From contig CAXXFF010000003.1 in NCBI GenBank assembly GCA_963676835.2, forward strand, positions 288,001 to 352,000: a stretch of 64,000 bases of DNA. Direction: 5' to 3'. Positions 29,706 to 41,818 of the stretch are shown one piece after another (within the stretch, counting starts at the first letter, position 1; every line of letters begins with the position of its first letter). Below the pieces are notes generated by a model, which saw nothing but the letters and a program-made list of their open reading frames with translations, was not told where the DNA came from and did not search any database. The position numbers and the translations under genes were made by a program. Source of the DNA: Marispirochaeta sp. Lineage in GTDB: Bacteria; Spirochaetota; Spirochaetia; JC444; Marispirochaetaceae.

Positions 29706-30722
29706 ATGAGAAAATTAACAGCATTGACAGTACTTGTACTGCTTGCAACCTCTGTACCATCAGTGCTTTTTGCCGGAGGACAGGCAGACACCGCCGCGTC
29801 CGACAAACCTGTTACCCTTAAGCTTGCAGTTGAAAGTGCAGTAGGAACTCCCGGAGACCTGTCCGGTAATGATTTCAAGCGCATTGTTGAAGAAAAATCC
29901 AATGGAATGATTCTTGTTGAGTACTACCCTGCAGGGCAGCTTGGAACCGGTGATGATCTTACAGAAGCAATGCAGACAGGCACCGTGGACATGACCTGGA
30001 GAGCACTTGACTGGTATTCCAAGTTTGAAAACGGCTGGAATGTACTGCTGTTGGGGTTCACCTTTGTCAGCCAGGATCACCTCGCCGCGTTCCTTGAAAG
30101 CGAGAAGCACGCTGAGTTCAAGGACAACCTGATAAAGAAAGCGGGCATTAGAATTGTCGCGGACAACGGCTTCGGGTCTCCCCGGGTTCTTATTTCCAAA
30201 AACCCGGTTACATCACCTGCAGACATGAAAGGCATGAACATGCGGGTCCCCGGAATTGCCATGTATCAGAAAACATGGGGTGCCGTGGGAGTCAATATTG
30301 TCTCCGTACCCTGGGGCGAAGCATATATGTCTCTCAAACAGGGAGTTGCAGATGCACTGGAAGCACCCCTTGGATCAATCTACGGTATGAAATTCCATGA
30401 AGCAGCCAAAAATATTACCATGACCAACCACCTTTACAGCCTCTACGTAATGGGAATCAATGAAAACTCCTTTCAGAAACTGACTCCCGAACTGCAGAAG
30501 GTTCTCATTGATTCCGCCATGGAAGCTGGAGACCTGTATGTAAAGTATGATCAGGAATCTGTTACCAACAGAAAACAGGAAATGCTGGACAGCGGAGTTA
30601 ACTTTATTACCGATTTTGACATAGATGCTTTTCAAGGTAAGATTGTCTCTACCGCAGACAAGCTTGAAGCAGACGGTATGTGGCCCAAAGGACTCTACGC
30701 ATACATTCAGAGCTTAAAATAG
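29706..30722 (+). CDS. dctP: TRAP substrate-binding protein DctP
   Basis: YPAGQLG, GMNMRVP, AYMSLKQGVADALEAP; AAGGAG RBS. Confidence 0.92.
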   Translation: MRKLTALTVLVLLATSVPSVLFAGGQADTAASDKPVTLKLAVESAVGTPGDLSGNDFKRIVEEKSNGMILVEYYPAGQLGTGDDLTEAMQTGTVDMTWRALDWYSKFENGWNVLLLGFTFVSQDHLAAFLESEKHAEFKDNLIKKAGIRIVADNGFGSPRVLISKNPVTSPADMKGMNMRVPGIAMYQKTWGAVGVNIVSVPWGEAYMSLKQGVADALEAPLGSIYGMKFHEAAKNITMTNHLYSLYVMGINENSFQKLTPELQKVLIDSAMEAGDLYVKYDQESVTNRKQEMLDSGVNFITDFDIDAFQGKIVSTADKLEADGMWPKGLYAYIQSLK

Positions 30723-30733
30723 TCTTTTTATCC

Positions 30734-30768
30734 ACAGCAGCTGAAATAATTCAGCTGCTGTATCTTTT
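30734..30768 (+). terminator. Hairpin between dctP and dctQ (partial terminator / mRNA stabiliser)
   Basis: ACAGCAGCTGAA-ataa-TTCAGCTGCTGT perfect 12-bp stem followed by T-rich sequence. Confidence 0.7.
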
Positions 30769-30846
30769 AAAAAAATCCATTTTATTTAATAATATGCTCC
30801 AATCTGTTTACACCTGTGTTATATCGACAAAAGAAAGGATAGCTGC

Positions 30847-31347
30847 ATGATCCCCGTTATAGAAAAGCTTCAATACCTGATTGTTAAACTCTTTATGGGC
30901 ATAGTGTATATATCTGCAACAATTATTCCGGCATCTCTGTTTATTCAGGTAATATTCAGATATTTTCTTCACAACCCTTTACAGGGGATAGAGGAAATTG
31001 CCGTTCTGAGCTTTAAGTGTCTGGTTATATTCGGCAGCGCCGTACTGTTCAAGGAAAACCAGCATATTGTCGTAGACATGTTTGTACAGAAGTTAACCGA
31101 ACGTGCAAGGAACATTGTATCCCTGCTCAATAACCTTCTAATGGCAGCTATTATTGTTCTGGTAATTCAGAGCAGTATCAACGCTCTCCCCTTTCAGAAA
31201 TTTTATAAATCGGTTATTTTCGGCATCCCAAAATCCCTGTATACCATTATGCTGATAATCAGCCTGTCCTTCATGCTTCTTTCCATTATTTTTTCCCTGC
31301 TTAAACTTGCTGATACGGGTTTTTCCGGTGCTCGAAAAAACAGTTAA
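30847..31347 (+). CDS. dctQ: TRAP small permease DctQ
   Basis: QVIFRY...EEIA...HIVVD; 4 TM segments. Confidence 0.88.
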   Translation: MIPVIEKLQYLIVKLFMGIVYISATIIPASLFIQVIFRYFLHNPLQGIEEIAVLSFKCLVIFGSAVLFKENQHIVVDMFVQKLTERARNIVSLLNNLLMAAIIVLVIQSSINALPFQKFYKSVIFGIPKSLYTIMLIISLSFMLLSIIFSLLKLADTGFSGARKNS

Positions 31348-32611
31348 AACTGACATTATTGTTGCAGGGGGAGGAATAGCAGGAGTAATTTCTGCGGTCG
31401 CAGCGTCGAAACAGGGATACCGGGTTACCATTGTAGAAAAAACATCCTGTCTCGGCGGAACCGCAACAAGCGCCATGCTGGGCGAGATGAACGCTGCCTA
31501 TTTCAGGGGAAAACCCTTTATTTCCAACACCGGTAAAGAGATAGTTACACAGCTCATGGATCTGGAATCTGCTGTTGTACATGCCGGGGTATCAATGACA
31601 TCGAACCCGTCAATACAGGTAGACAGGGTACGCTACAACAGCGAAATACTGAAGCTTGTCCTCGACTCTATGGTTCAACAGCAGAACATTGATGTTTTCT
31701 TCAACAGTACAATTGATGCTGTAAAAATTTCAGGCTCAAATTCCGTCACAGTCTCATTCGGCACTAATTATGAACGTGTTCGAATACAGGGCAATACTCT
31801 TATTGACGCAAGCGGTAATGCCGACTGTTTCCACCTGCTTGGAGCACCAACTCAAAAACAGCAAAGTGAAAAATCCCAGCCGGTTACTCTTATGTTCAAA
31901 ATCGGCAATGTAGATATTAAATCATTTCGGACCATAACAAAGGACACCATTCAATCCCTGCTGAAAACAGGCTATGAAAAAGCTATTCTTCCGGCAAAAA
32001 TACTGGCTCTCTCCGAAATTCCAGGGACCAATGAAATAGCCGTCAACGCCACCCGCAGCGTGAATGTTGATCATGAATCATCGGAGGAGCTTTCTGCTGC
32101 ACTGTTTGAAACAAGAAAGCAGGTACCGCGCATCTGGCAATACCTGAAGCAGAACGCAGCGGGGTTTCAGAATTCCTTCATATCAACTATCAGTTCCTCG
32201 CTGGGCATCCGCGAGAGCAGACGTATTAAAGGCAGTCATACACTCACCGGGGATGAGATACTTAATGCCAGTCACTTTGATGACGCCGTCGCCACAGGTA
32301 CATATCCGGTGGACATTCATAACAGCGAAACAGGTTCTGTTGATTTTTTTGAAATAAAAGGATCCGGCCAATATTTTATACCCTATAGCAGCATGATCTG
32401 CGATGGTTTTGATAATGTCATAGCCAGCGGGAGATGTATCTCAGCGGATGATATAGCCTTCGGGTCTATCAGGGTTATGGGAACTGTAATGAATACAGCA
32501 GAGGCTGCCGGAATCGCAGCAGCACTTGCCCTCAAAAACAGCACCCCGGTAGGTAAAATAAACATTAAAGATTTGCAGGCTCTTCTACGGGCCGAGAATA
32601 TGCCAATATAG
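31307..32611 (+). CDS. FAD-dependent oxidoreductase (FAD_oxidored / PF12831-like)
   Basis: DIIVAGGGIAG, LGGTAT, IDASGNAD, GIRESRRIKG, YPVDIH, GRCISAD, SIRVMG; true start may be GTG 31328. Confidence 0.85.
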   Translation: MLIRVFPVLEKTVKTDIIVAGGGIAGVISAVAASKQGYRVTIVEKTSCLGGTATSAMLGEMNAAYFRGKPFISNTGKEIVTQLMDLESAVVHAGVSMTSNPSIQVDRVRYNSEILKLVLDSMVQQQNIDVFFNSTIDAVKISGSNSVTVSFGTNYERVRIQGNTLIDASGNADCFHLLGAPTQKQQSEKSQPVTLMFKIGNVDIKSFRTITKDTIQSLLKTGYEKAILPAKILALSEIPGTNEIAVNATRSVNVDHESSEELSAALFETRKQVPRIWQYLKQNAAGFQNSFISTISSSLGIRESRRIKGSHTLTGDEILNASHFDDAVATGTYPVDIHNSETGSVDFFEIKGSGQYFIPYSSMICDGFDNVIASGRCISADDIAFGSIRVMGTVMNTAEAAGIAAALALKNSTPVGKINIKDLQALLRAENMPI

Positions 32612-32640
32612 ACTTTCTGCACTATTCAGGAGTTACCTTT

Positions 32641-33921
32641 GTGGAACTAATAGCACTTTTAATCACCTTTTTGATCCTTCTCTCTCTTGGCGTTCCTGTA
32701 GCAATGACCATGTTAGGTTCTTCACTGGTCTATATTTTTCTTAATCCGTCAATTAATGCGGCCAACATAACCACTCTGATTTTAAAAGGCATCAGCGGAT
32801 ACTCTCTTCTGGCCCTGCCGCTCTACATTATGGCCGGGGAAATAATGAACTCTGCGGGCATTACCCGAAAGCTGTTTAATCTTCCCTTGAGCATTGTAGG
32901 TCATATCCGCGGAGGGCTGGCTCATGTAAACATCCTGGCCAGTATGCTGTTTGCAGGGATGTCCGGAGCAGCTATTGCAGACACTGCCGGGCTTGGTAAG
33001 ATTGAACTTCAGGCAATGGAAGAAGAGGGTTACGATTTGGGCTTCAGTGCAGCCATCACCGCAGCATCATCGACAGTGGGGCCTATAATTCCGCCAAGTA
33101 CAACCCTGATTGTATATGCTGTAGTGGCAGAAGTTTCGGTAGCCCGGCTGTTCATCGGCGGCTTTCTGCCTGGACTGCTGATCGGTCTGCTGATGATGGC
33201 CTATGTTCATTTTATCGCATCAAAACAGTATCACTTTCCCACCCGGCCTAAACAGAATTTGAAAGAACAGATAACAGCAGTGAAGGATGCCTTCTTTCCC
33301 CTTTTAACTCCGCTGATTATCATTCTGGGGATTGTCTCGGGAATCACCACCGCAACAGAAGCTGGCGCTGTAGCAGTTATGTACACCCTGGCTCTGAGCT
33401 ATTATTACAACAGGTTCCCTTTTCAGGATTTTCTTTCCATGCTGAAAAAATCTTCCTACACCACTGTTAAAATCTGTTTTATTGTAATGGCATCCGGTCT
33501 TTTCGGCTGGGTAATTACCATTGCCCAGATTCCTGCCATGCTTTCCGATTTTCTGCTGACCGTAGGAATAAGTAAATGGCTTCTGATGATCATCATAAAT
33601 GTATGTCTGCTTTTCCTGGGCTGTTTTCTGAGTATTACCTCATCAATATTGATTGCCACCCCCACACTGGTTGCCCTTGCGGCTATTTATAATATTGATC
33701 TCGTTCACCTTGGGGTAATAATGACATTGAATCTGACCATAGGGCTTCTCACCCCGCCGGTGGGCTGGAACCTTTACATTGTCAGTGAACTGGCGGGAAT
33801 CTCTTTTGATAAAATGGTAAAAAGCGTATTACCCCTCCTGATTCCGCTGGTAATAGCGCTGCTTCTTATGACCTATCTGCCGGCGACGGTCTTATGGCTT
33901 CCAAACCTTCTGCTGAAGTAA
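32641..33921 (+). CDS. dctM: TRAP large permease DctM
   Basis: LLALPLYIMAGEIMN, GGLAHVN, GMSGAAIAD, IIPPS, GLLTPPVG. Confidence 0.93.
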   Translation: MELIALLITFLILLSLGVPVAMTMLGSSLVYIFLNPSINAANITTLILKGISGYSLLALPLYIMAGEIMNSAGITRKLFNLPLSIVGHIRGGLAHVNILASMLFAGMSGAAIADTAGLGKIELQAMEEEGYDLGFSAAITAASSTVGPIIPPSTTLIVYAVVAEVSVARLFIGGFLPGLLIGLLMMAYVHFIASKQYHFPTRPKQNLKEQITAVKDAFFPLLTPLIIILGIVSGITTATEAGAVAVMYTLALSYYYNRFPFQDFLSMLKKSSYTTVKICFIVMASGLFGWVITIAQIPAMLSDFLLTVGISKWLLMIIINVCLLFLGCFLSITSSILIATPTLVALAAIYNIDLVHLGVIMTLNLTIGLLTPPVGWNLYIVSELAGISFDKMVKSVLPLLIPLVIALLLMTYLPATVLWLPNLLLK

Positions 33922-33926
33922 GGGCT

Positions 33927-36900
33927 TTATATAAGGTCCAGTTTGGCAAACTCCGTTTGGGCCTTCAGGAAATCGTAGCTGTCAACGGCGTTCATAAAAC
34001 GACGGAACCCGGGTGTATGGCTGCGACTTCCAAGAACCTTCTGAAGTTCTTCAGCAACCTGAAGGACCTGGGTATCAAATTCATCCAGGAGTACGGTGAT
34101 TTCTTCAACAAGCCTGCGTACAGTTTCAGAATCCGGTTTCAGTTCATCGGCGGAAATCTCTTTTTCCTGCGTAACTGCATAAAGAGAAATCTGGTCAAGC
34201 ACCGGTCCAAGAAGATTAAGACTGCCGGAAAATAATCCGAGAATGTCCTCCCTCTTACCGCGTTTTCTAACAGCAGACTCAAGAACGGCAGCTGCTTCGG
34301 CTATATCATTGGCACCAAGGCTTGCCGCCGAACCTTTCAGTGAATGGGCAAGCCGTTCGGCAGTTACCAATTCCTCGTTATCCATGGCCTGTAAAAACTC
34401 GGATTTGAAGTTTCTGAAAAGATGGAGAAACTTGATAATGAGTCGGGAATAAATACTGCGGTTACCCCCTGCTGTTCTTAATCCTGCGACAGAATCTATG
34501 CCGGTTATCTCTGGTATTTCTTTGTCAACTTCAGAATTATTCTGCTCTGTCTCAATCGCAATATCAGTTACAAGAAAGGAGGGTTTAATCCATTGCAGCA
34601 GAACATTATAAAAGGTTACCGGCTGAAAGGGTTTGTTCAAATGATCATTCATCCCTGCATCAAGAGATTTTTCCCGGTCACCGCTTAATGCATTGGCAGT
34701 CATAGCTATGACAGGAAGGCCTCTATACCTGTCATCCAAACGGATCCTTCTTGTAGCCTCATATCCATCCATAACCGGAAGCTGACAGTCCATAAGAACT
34801 CCGTCAAACTCTTCTTTTTCCAGAATATTAAGGGCGTCCTGTCCATGTTCGGCAACCCGGGTGGTAATCCCTACCCGGGATAAAAGGGCAAGGGCTAGGT
34901 CCTGATTAACAACATTGTCTTCCACCAGCAGAACCTTTGCTCCCCTGAGATTTTCGGTGGCCTTACGAATGAAATCATCTTCTTTCTCACCTTCATCTCT
35001 CTCAGACTGAGAATTACTGACTACCTGCATGACTGCATCATATAAAACCGCAGGCATAAACGGCTTTTCCAGAACATCAATAATATTCGTATCGTCCTGA
35101 ATAAGGTTCAGAGCATCGTCACGGCCATAGGCGGTAATCAGATATACCCTGGGAAGTAAAAATACTTCATCTGCTTCTCTCATCATGCGGTTGAATTCAA
35201 TTCCGTTTTTGTCCGGCATCATCCAGTCGACAAAGGCAATGTCATACTGCCGCGATTCTGCCTGCCGTATCACCAGATCAAGTGCTTCATCGGCACTATT
35301 TACAGCATCAACTTCAAAACCGAACTGCACCAGGTTTTGGGAGAGGATATCTCTGGACGCATGGTTATCATCAACAACCAGAATATAGGGAAGCCTATCG
35401 GACTCAACAGCCATCCGCTTTTCACGAAAGGTCTCTTTTTTCTGTTCTCTCAGGCAGACGGTAAAACTGAAGGTACTTCCGTGGCCCAGAGAACTCTCTA
35501 CCCTTATCTCACCACCCATTAACTCAGTCAGTTTACGGGAAATTGCCAGTCCGAGACCTGTGCCGCCATATTCGCGGGTGATGGAAGAGTCAGCCTGACT
35601 GAACTGCCGGAACAGACGCTTCTGCTGCTCATCCGACATCCCTATACCCGTGTCTCTTACCTGAAACAAAAAGACCGTACCCTCTTCTGTCTGATGCTGC
35701 CGTCTTACGGCGATAACAATTTCCCCATTTTTGGTAAACTTCACCGCGTTGTTAGCCAGGTTAAGCAGTATCTGCCCGAGCCGCAGGGCATCCCCGGAAA
35801 GAAAGGTATTCATATCTGCCGGGATATCATACAGAAGCTCAAGTTCCTTTTCTTTTATTTTTAATGAAAGTAGATTTCCGAGGTGGGAGAAAACATCCTC
35901 CAGGGAAAAATCCTTTTCTTCAAGCTCAATTCCACCGGCTTCAATTTTAGAAAAATCGAGGATATCATTTAAAATCCCCAGTAGATTTTCGGCCGAGTTA
36001 TACACCATTTCTATATAACGCCGCTGAGTCTCATCCAAAGCGGTTTCCAGAGCCAGATGCGACAGCCCGATTATAGCATTCATGGGAGTGCGGATTTCGT
36101 GGGACATATTGGCCAAAAACTCTGATTTCACCAGAGCCGCTTCTTCCGCGGCATCCCGTGCAGCAGCCAGTTCATTTTCAGTTTTTTTGCGGTCACTTAT
36201 ATCTTCTATCAGCCCCTCAACAGAAGTTAGATTTCCGTCTTTATCAAAAATCGGATGATTGGAAACAACTATGGTGCGTATACCGTTATCGGGGTGTCTA
36301 TAGCGCAGTTCAAACTGTTTGTAACTTGCTTGCTCCTCAATCAGGTCATGAATCATGGCTACAGCTTTATCAACTTCACCGGGGAGCCATTCATGTATAG
36401 CCCGCCAATCCCTGCCGATTACATTTTCTCTACTTATACCGAAAACATTCTTAATACCTTCGCTGGCAAAGGTAAGGATATTATCAGCCGTATGGCTGTA
36501 GATGAAAAATTTATCCCCCAGATCCTCAATGAGGGTCGCATACTGTTCCCGACTTTTTTCAAGCTCAGTTTCAATAATTTTGCTGCGGGTAATATCCACA
36601 GTCCAGCCCAGCATCGCTTCCTTTCCTTCATATTCGAAAGGATAAAGACTGAATAGCACATTACGGAGACCTTCGGGAGATAGAATCTCTGCTTCATAAT
36701 TAACACAGGAGCCTTCTCTGCGGAAAATATCAAAAATATTCCGGTAATCATGCTCACGCATGAGACTGTCTCTTGGATCAATGCCAACCTCAAGGCCCAT
36801 CATCCGGCCTGCGGGGTTTGCATATACCACAGAAAAATCAAGGGTTATCCCTACACCGACAGGGCTTGTTTCTAGTATTCGTGTCAGCCGGTCCCGCTCT

Positions 36901-38699
36901 TTTTTAACCGCCTGCTGCATTTCATCTTCAATGGAAATATCCCTAAGGGTTGCAACAAAACTGCTTTCCCCATTAACAATCATTACATTGGTGGCAATCT
37001 CAATGGGAATTACCTCACCATTTTTCTGAATACCTTTAATTTTAAAACGCCTGCCGAGAATTCTGGGACGTCCCCCGTTGTTATAACTTTCAAGAGCCTG
37101 GCTGACAATATCCCGGAACGGTTCATCAAGCAGTGTTCCTACAGGCTTTCCTATAACCTCTTCACGGCTGTACCGGAAAATTTCTTCAGCCTCCGGACTG
37201 AACTCGGTCAAGTTCCCATATTTATCTATAACCAGAATTCCATTCATGGCTGTCTGGATTATACCCGACAGCCAGGCAGTTCTCTCGGCAACCTGTTTTT
37301 CCAGGTCTTTTTTTGCTGCATCCAGCTGTCTGTTTATCTCTTCTACTTCAGTAACATCTGCAAATGTTTCAAGGATAAGCCTTTTTCCATCCCGTTCCAG
37401 GGATGATACATATTTTAATACCGGGATTGTCTCCCCGTTCTTTCTGGTTATGGTTCTTCTCAATCCCTCTGGGAGACCTGTATTTAGCAGCACATTGTGG
37501 CAGTCTTGATGTGTATCGGAACAGCTGAACCCTCTACATTGATGTCCAACAATTTCATCACGGTCACGGCCCAAAAGGTTGAGGGCATACTCATTCACAT
37601 CAACAACTACATGAGCATCAGGATCAATAAGTAATATACCGGTAGCAACTCCGTCGAGCAGCCGGGAAAGATACAGTTCCTTCTGTTCCAGATTCTCGAG
37701 CATCCGGTTTATTCCAATACTCAGATCAACTATTTCATCTTTCCCTTCAATCCTGGTACGCCTGCCGCGGTTATTATTATCAATGGTACTTACCTGGTTA
37801 ATAAGCGATTCGATCTTCCGCAGAATCTTTTTGGATATAAAGCTGTAATAAAACAGGGCAAAAGCAATTATGATAGCCAGCATGGCCATGTAATACCCTT
37901 TTACCTGGTTTTGAATCATTATATATGGAGAGCGATCTTTTAAAACGCTTAGTTCAGCAAGGATATTTCCATGGGTATCAGGCAAAAAAGTGCTGATCCG
38001 GGCGGTATAGGTATATGGATAACTGATATAATCAGCACCGGCATGTCTATTTTCATCACCTGCTTTTGCAGGAACCGCTTTTATATAGATGTCCATGCCC
38101 ATAAGAGAAGAATATTCCTGAAGAATTTCTGAAGAGACTCTGGATACAAAATACATCCGGCCCGCCTGGGGGCCCCAGTCACGGCTCATAAGCACTGGCC
38201 GGGAGACGATAAAACCGAGAGTCCCGTCTTCCAGCCCGATAAGGCCGCCCCGTATCCCTTTATCCTCGTTTACCAGAGGCAGCTGCAAATTCCTGACTAC
38301 ATTCCGTATCTGTGTATCAAGGTAAAGGTTCTCCCGGTACTTTGAATCAAGAGCCCTGGAATAGACCGGTTCACCGGCATTATCGGTAATTAAAACTGCG
38401 GTGATTCCCAGTGAGCTAAATGTCTCGGGGACAAGGTTGGATTCAACATATTCCATATTCCCATTCTGAACAAACTCATAGGTATCATCCCAGCTTGACC
38501 AGTCGTGGAGGATATAATCCAGATTTATTATTAAGTGCTCAAGAAGCTTACGGGCTCTGTAAAGATCACTTTCAAGTTCCTGCTCTTCCCGTTCTACATT
38601 CTGTTTTTCTATTATACTTCTGGAAAGGGCAAACTGGCCTGCAAAAAGCAGCAGAAGGAAAAATAACAGGGAGATGCTGTAGAAATGTCGGAGTTTCAA
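33927..38699 (-). CDS. Hybrid sensor kinase: CHASE4-HAMP-multiple PAS-HisKA-HATPase-REC-REC-HPt
   Basis: [12 protein letters not shown] (CHASE4), PAS/PAC repeats, [21 protein letters not shown], two receiver domains, AHSLKGSA (HPt). Confidence 0.93.
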   Translation of the reverse strand: MKLRHFYSISLLFFLLLLFAGQFALSRSIIEKQNVEREEQELESDLYRARKLLEHLIINLDYILHDWSSWDDTYEFVQNGNMEYVESNLVPETFSSLGITAVLITDNAGEPVYSRALDSKYRENLYLDTQIRNVVRNLQLPLVNEDKGIRGGLIGLEDGTLGFIVSRPVLMSRDWGPQAGRMYFVSRVSSEILQEYSSLMGMDIYIKAVPAKAGDENRHAGADYISYPYTYTARISTFLPDTHGNILAELSVLKDRSPYIMIQNQVKGYYMAMLAIIIAFALFYYSFISKKILRKIESLINQVSTIDNNNRGRRTRIEGKDEIVDLSIGINRMLENLEQKELYLSRLLDGVATGILLIDPDAHVVVDVNEYALNLLGRDRDEIVGHQCRGFSCSDTHQDCHNVLLNTGLPEGLRRTITRKNGETIPVLKYVSSLERDGKRLILETFADVTEVEEINRQLDAAKKDLEKQVAERTAWLSGIIQTAMNGILVIDKYGNLTEFSPEAEEIFRYSREEVIGKPVGTLLDEPFRDIVSQALESYNNGGRPRILGRRFKIKGIQKNGEVIPIEIATNVMIVNGESSFVATLRDISIEDEMQQAVKKERDRLTRILETSPVGVGITLDFSVVYANPAGRMMGLEVGIDPRDSLMREHDYRNIFDIFRREGSCVNYEAEILSPEGLRNVLFSLYPFEYEGKEAMLGWTVDITRSKIIETELEKSREQYATLIEDLGDKFFIYSHTADNILTFASEGIKNVFGISRENVIGRDWRAIHEWLPGEVDKAVAMIHDLIEEQASYKQFELRYRHPDNGIRTIVVSNHPIFDKDGNLTSVEGLIEDISDRKKTENELAAARDAAEEAALVKSEFLANMSHEIRTPMNAIIGLSHLALETALDETQRRYIEMVYNSAENLLGILNDILDFSKIEAGGIELEEKDFSLEDVFSHLGNLLSLKIKEKELELLYDIPADMNTFLSGDALRLGQILLNLANNAVKFTKNGEIVIAVRRQHQTEEGTVFLFQVRDTGIGMSDEQQKRLFRQFSQADSSITREYGGTGLGLAISRKLTELMGGEIRVESSLGHGSTFSFTVCLREQKKETFREKRMAVESDRLPYILVVDDNHASRDILSQNLVQFGFEVDAVNSADEALDLVIRQAESRQYDIAFVDWMMPDKNGIEFNRMMREADEVFLLPRVYLITAYGRDDALNLIQDDTNIIDVLEKPFMPAVLYDAVMQVVSNSQSERDEGEKEDDFIRKATENLRGAKVLLVEDNVVNQDLALALLSRVGITTRVAEHGQDALNILEKEEFDGVLMDCQLPVMDGYEATRRIRLDDRYRGLPVIAMTANALSGDREKSLDAGMNDHLNKPFQPVTFYNVLLQWIKPSFLVTDIAIETEQNNSEVDKEIPEITGIDSVAGLRTAGGNRSIYSRLIIKFLHLFRNFKSEFLQAMDNEELVTAERLAHSLKGSAASLGANDIAEAAAVLESAVRKRGKREDILGLFSGSLNLLGPVLDQISLYAVTQEKEISADELKPDSETVRRLVEEITVLLDEFDTQVLQVAEELQKVLGSRSHTPGFRRFMNAVDSYDFLKAQTEFAKLDLI

Positions 38700-39760
38700 C
38701 CGGGCTCTCCGTTATTCTCCCGGGAAGATGAGACGATATCCGCATGGGTCTGTATGATCTCAAGAATTTCCTCCCTGCTTGCAAGAAAAGCCTTGATCAG
38801 TTGTGGATCAAAATGTTTACCCGATTCTTTTTGCAGATGATTAAATGCATCATCAATACTCCAGGCTTTTTTGTAGGGACGCTCGGAGGTAAGGGCATCA
38901 AAAACATCTGCAATTGATAGAATCCTCCCCACAAGAGGAATATCCTCTCCGCTCAAACCGACGGGATACCCTGTACCGTCCCATTTTTCATGATGAGTCA
39001 ATGCAGCAATTCGGGCGGTATTGAGAAGGCGGTCGTTATGATTACCTATAATTTCAGCACCGAATTCACAATGCTTCTGCATAACAAGCCGTTCTTCATC
39101 GGTCAGCCGTGCGGGTTTCATAAGAATGCTGTCGGATATTCCTATTTTGCCCACATCATGCATGGGAGCAGCATTCAGGATAATATCAGCTTCACTGGTA
39201 TCCAGTCCAATTTTACGAGCGATAAGTCTGGCAAAATAGCTCATCCGGATAACATGCATACCCGTCTCATTGTCTCTGTACTCAGCAGCCAGACCAAGTC
39301 GCCGGATAATCTCCAGACGGCTTTTTGCAACTTCTTCTGTACGCTGACTCACCTTCTCTTCAAGTATTCTGTTCTGATTATATAAAGCAAGCTGAGTTTT
39401 TACCCTGGCCATTACAATAGGAGGGCTTACCGGTTTGGTTATATAATCGACTGCTCCCAGTTCAAACCCGAGGCGCTCGTCGTCAACCTCTCCGAGGGCG
39501 GTAATAAATATAACCGGGATATTACGGGTACGAGGGTCAGCTTTCAGGCGTCGGCAGACCTCATAGCCATCGTAGCCAGGCATCATAATATCCAGAAGTA
39601 TAATATCCGGTGGATTTTTGACCGCCAGCAGCAGGGCGGTTTCACCGGAATTCGCAGCCAGAACCCGGTAGGTACTGGACAGTATGGACGAAAGCAGAGT
39701 TATATTATCTGGTAAATCATCTACAACCAGTACAATCGGTTTTTCCGCTGCCTTATTCAC
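38696..39760 (-). CDS. RpfG-like response regulator with HD-GYP c-di-GMP phosphodiesterase domain
   Basis: REC domain; [40 protein letters not shown]. Confidence 0.93.
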   Translation of the reverse strand: MNKAAEKPIVLVVDDLPDNITLLSSILSSTYRVLAANSGETALLLAVKNPPDIILLDIMMPGYDGYEVCRRLKADPRTRNIPVIFITALGEVDDERLGFELGAVDYITKPVSPPIVMARVKTQLALYNQNRILEEKVSQRTEEVAKSRLEIIRRLGLAAEYRDNETGMHVIRMSYFARLIARKIGLDTSEADIILNAAPMHDVGKIGISDSILMKPARLTDEERLVMQKHCEFGAEIIGNHNDRLLNTARIAALTHHEKWDGTGYPVGLSGEDIPLVGRILSIADVFDALTSERPYKKAWSIDDAFNHLQKESGKHFDPQLIKAFLASREEILEIIQTHADIVSSSRENNGEPG

Positions 39761-39925
39761 GGTTCAAAGTGTAATTTATCCTTTCCTGTATAGCAATTAG
39801 ATTTATGACTCCGCTGTTAAAAAACTGCCACCGTCATAAAAATTATTGCACAATCCGCCGTTTTTTTTTACAATTACGGGGACTATATTTTTTGGATACT
39901 ATTCTGCACCGGGGAGGATTCTACC

Positions 39926-41086
39926 ATGCAGTCACTTTTTCGTTTTCCTGTTATTCTGATCTTGTCTTTTCTGGTTATTCCCGGCTTTGCAGACACCCTT
40001 GCAATCCCAAATGCTGTTGTAGGAGATGATGTTCCGTCAACCGTAAGCGTCCCTGTTGCTGATAAAATAGCAGAAGCAATTGTCTCATCCAAAATTTTTG
40101 ACGTTCTTGATCGTGCCTATGTAGAGCAGATTATGGAAGAACAGAACTTTCAGCTCTCAGGTATTGTCAGCGAAGACGAAATTGCCAAGGTTGGAGCCTT
40201 TATCGGTGCCGACTACGTCTGCGTCTCCCGGGTTACCCGTATAGAGATGATATACTCCATCAGTTCCAAGATTATCGAAGTTGAAACCGGTAAGGTAGCA
40301 GCCCAGACATCTGCAGAAGCTGCAGGAACAACCATGGTAATATTCAACCTGGCAAGTCAGGTAGGAAACAAGCTTGTTGCCTCCCTTGGCGGCGAGGTTC
40401 CGGAATCCGCGGTTGCCGCCGGTGCTGCAGGCACTGCGGCAGCAACTACTCCGACGGAACCGGCTAAACCAGCTCAGGAACCTGCCCAGAAGCCCGTCGA
40501 ACGGCAGAGACCGGTTACTACCACCAACACCTCCTCCCAGCCCAGCCAGAAGAATTTCAGCCATTTTAATTTTAACTGGATGATTCCTACTTTTGGAGGC
40601 TCCGCTGCAGATGTTTTAGCCAGTTACTATTCTGGATCGGAAGAAATTACTCCCAACGGATTCGATATGCATCTTCTCCTTGATTCAACTGAAGGTCTGT
40701 ATCTCGGCCTCAGTCTGGGATATGGATGGCAGGATGTGGTAGATAGTGCTTACTCAGTAGATGGTACGGACTTCTCGGTGATGGACCTTCGGGTGACTAT
40801 CGGCGGCCTGATGCCGATTGGTAATGTGTTTTCCACCTATGGTGGGATTGGGCTTACCTACACCGCATTAATGCTTGATGAGAATTGGGGCACCTTTGAA
40901 GGGAATGTTGATAGTGGTGTAGGACTTTGTTTTGAGGCGGGCGCTGATCTATTCTTTGGTGATGTTTGCCTTTCCGCCAGATTGAACTATACCTATGTTC
41001 CAGAATTATCGACCGACGAAGTATTCGCTTATACCGAAGATCTGGATGTCCTCGGTATAATGATTGGATTAGGCTTCGGATTATAA
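39926..41086 (+). CDS. Secreted protein: CsgG/TolB-N-like N-domain, Pro/Ala linker, predicted outer-membrane beta-barrel C-domain
   Basis: Signal peptide; FDVLDR..VEQIMEEQNFQLSG...KVGAFIGADY; alternating beta strands ending IMIGLGFGL. Confidence 0.7.
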   Translation: MQSLFRFPVILILSFLVIPGFADTLAIPNAVVGDDVPSTVSVPVADKIAEAIVSSKIFDVLDRAYVEQIMEEQNFQLSGIVSEDEIAKVGAFIGADYVCVSRVTRIEMIYSISSKIIEVETGKVAAQTSAEAAGTTMVIFNLASQVGNKLVASLGGEVPESAVAAGAAGTAAATTPTEPAKPAQEPAQKPVERQRPVTTTNTSSQPSQKNFSHFNFNWMIPTFGGSAADVLASYYSGSEEITPNGFDMHLLLDSTEGLYLGLSLGYGWQDVVDSAYSVDGTDFSVMDLRVTIGGLMPIGNVFSTYGGIGLTYTALMLDENWGTFEGNVDSGVGLCFEAGADLFFGDVCLSARLNYTYVPELSTDEVFAYTEDLDVLGIMIGLGFGL

Positions 41087-41088
41087 AT

Positions 41089-41655
41089 CTATTCGACCAA
41101 ATCCGCTGTCTGAACAACAGCCTTGAACATACCGGAACGGGAGTAGTCCATGGAAATAACGCGGACTATTCCCGTTTTTTTATTGCTTGTACCCAGAGCA
41201 TCCAGAACAGCTTTCTGCCCGGGCTGCATGCGGATTCGACTGCCGGAATAGAGGTCGTCAAGAGAGAATTCAACGGTAATCTTCTCTTCATTTGTATAGC
41301 TGACAGCGGTTTTCGGAATAATTTCCATTGATAATTCCATTAGCTGCAGCTCACCGGCACTCCCTGCGGGCTCAGTTTTCTTGATTGGCATGGAAAACTC
41401 CCTGGAAGTACTCACGGAGAAAGCACCGCCTGAAGCAGTAAACTCCTGAAAAAGGTAAGCGGCAGCTTCAACGGAAGCGGTTCTGGCAGTACTTCCCACA
41501 CGGCCGTTCAGAATATAGACATCCACAGTTCGTTCAACTTCTGTTTTATCCGCTGCAGGTTTCTCTTTTGACCCGAAGGCAAATAAATTGGCAGAAAGAA
41601 GGGTGGATATAATAATTGCAAGCATCAGTACATAAAATCTGTTTTTCATAAACAT
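41089..41655 (-). CDS. Hypothetical exported protein
   Basis: Signal peptide ending LFA-FGSKE; GGGAG RBS. Confidence 0.7.
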   Translation of the reverse strand: MFMKNRFYVLMLAIIISTLLSANLFAFGSKEKPAADKTEVERTVDVYILNGRVGSTARTASVEAAAYLFQEFTASGGAFSVSTSREFSMPIKKTEPAGSAGELQLMELSMEIIPKTAVSYTNEEKITVEFSLDDLYSGSRIRMQPGQKAVLDALGTSNKKTGIVRVISMDYSRSGMFKAVVQTADLVE

Positions 41656-41818
41656 CTCCCGGCTGTAACAGCCTCGCTAGAGGAATATACCGCCATGCTT
41701 TCACTATTTCCACAATTTTTAACCCTCCTTTCTTCTAATGAAACAATCTGATGACTCTATTTACTACCAAGGGGAGTAACTATTGAAAAAGGACACCCTT
41801 GGCTGGTAAGTTGTTCTG

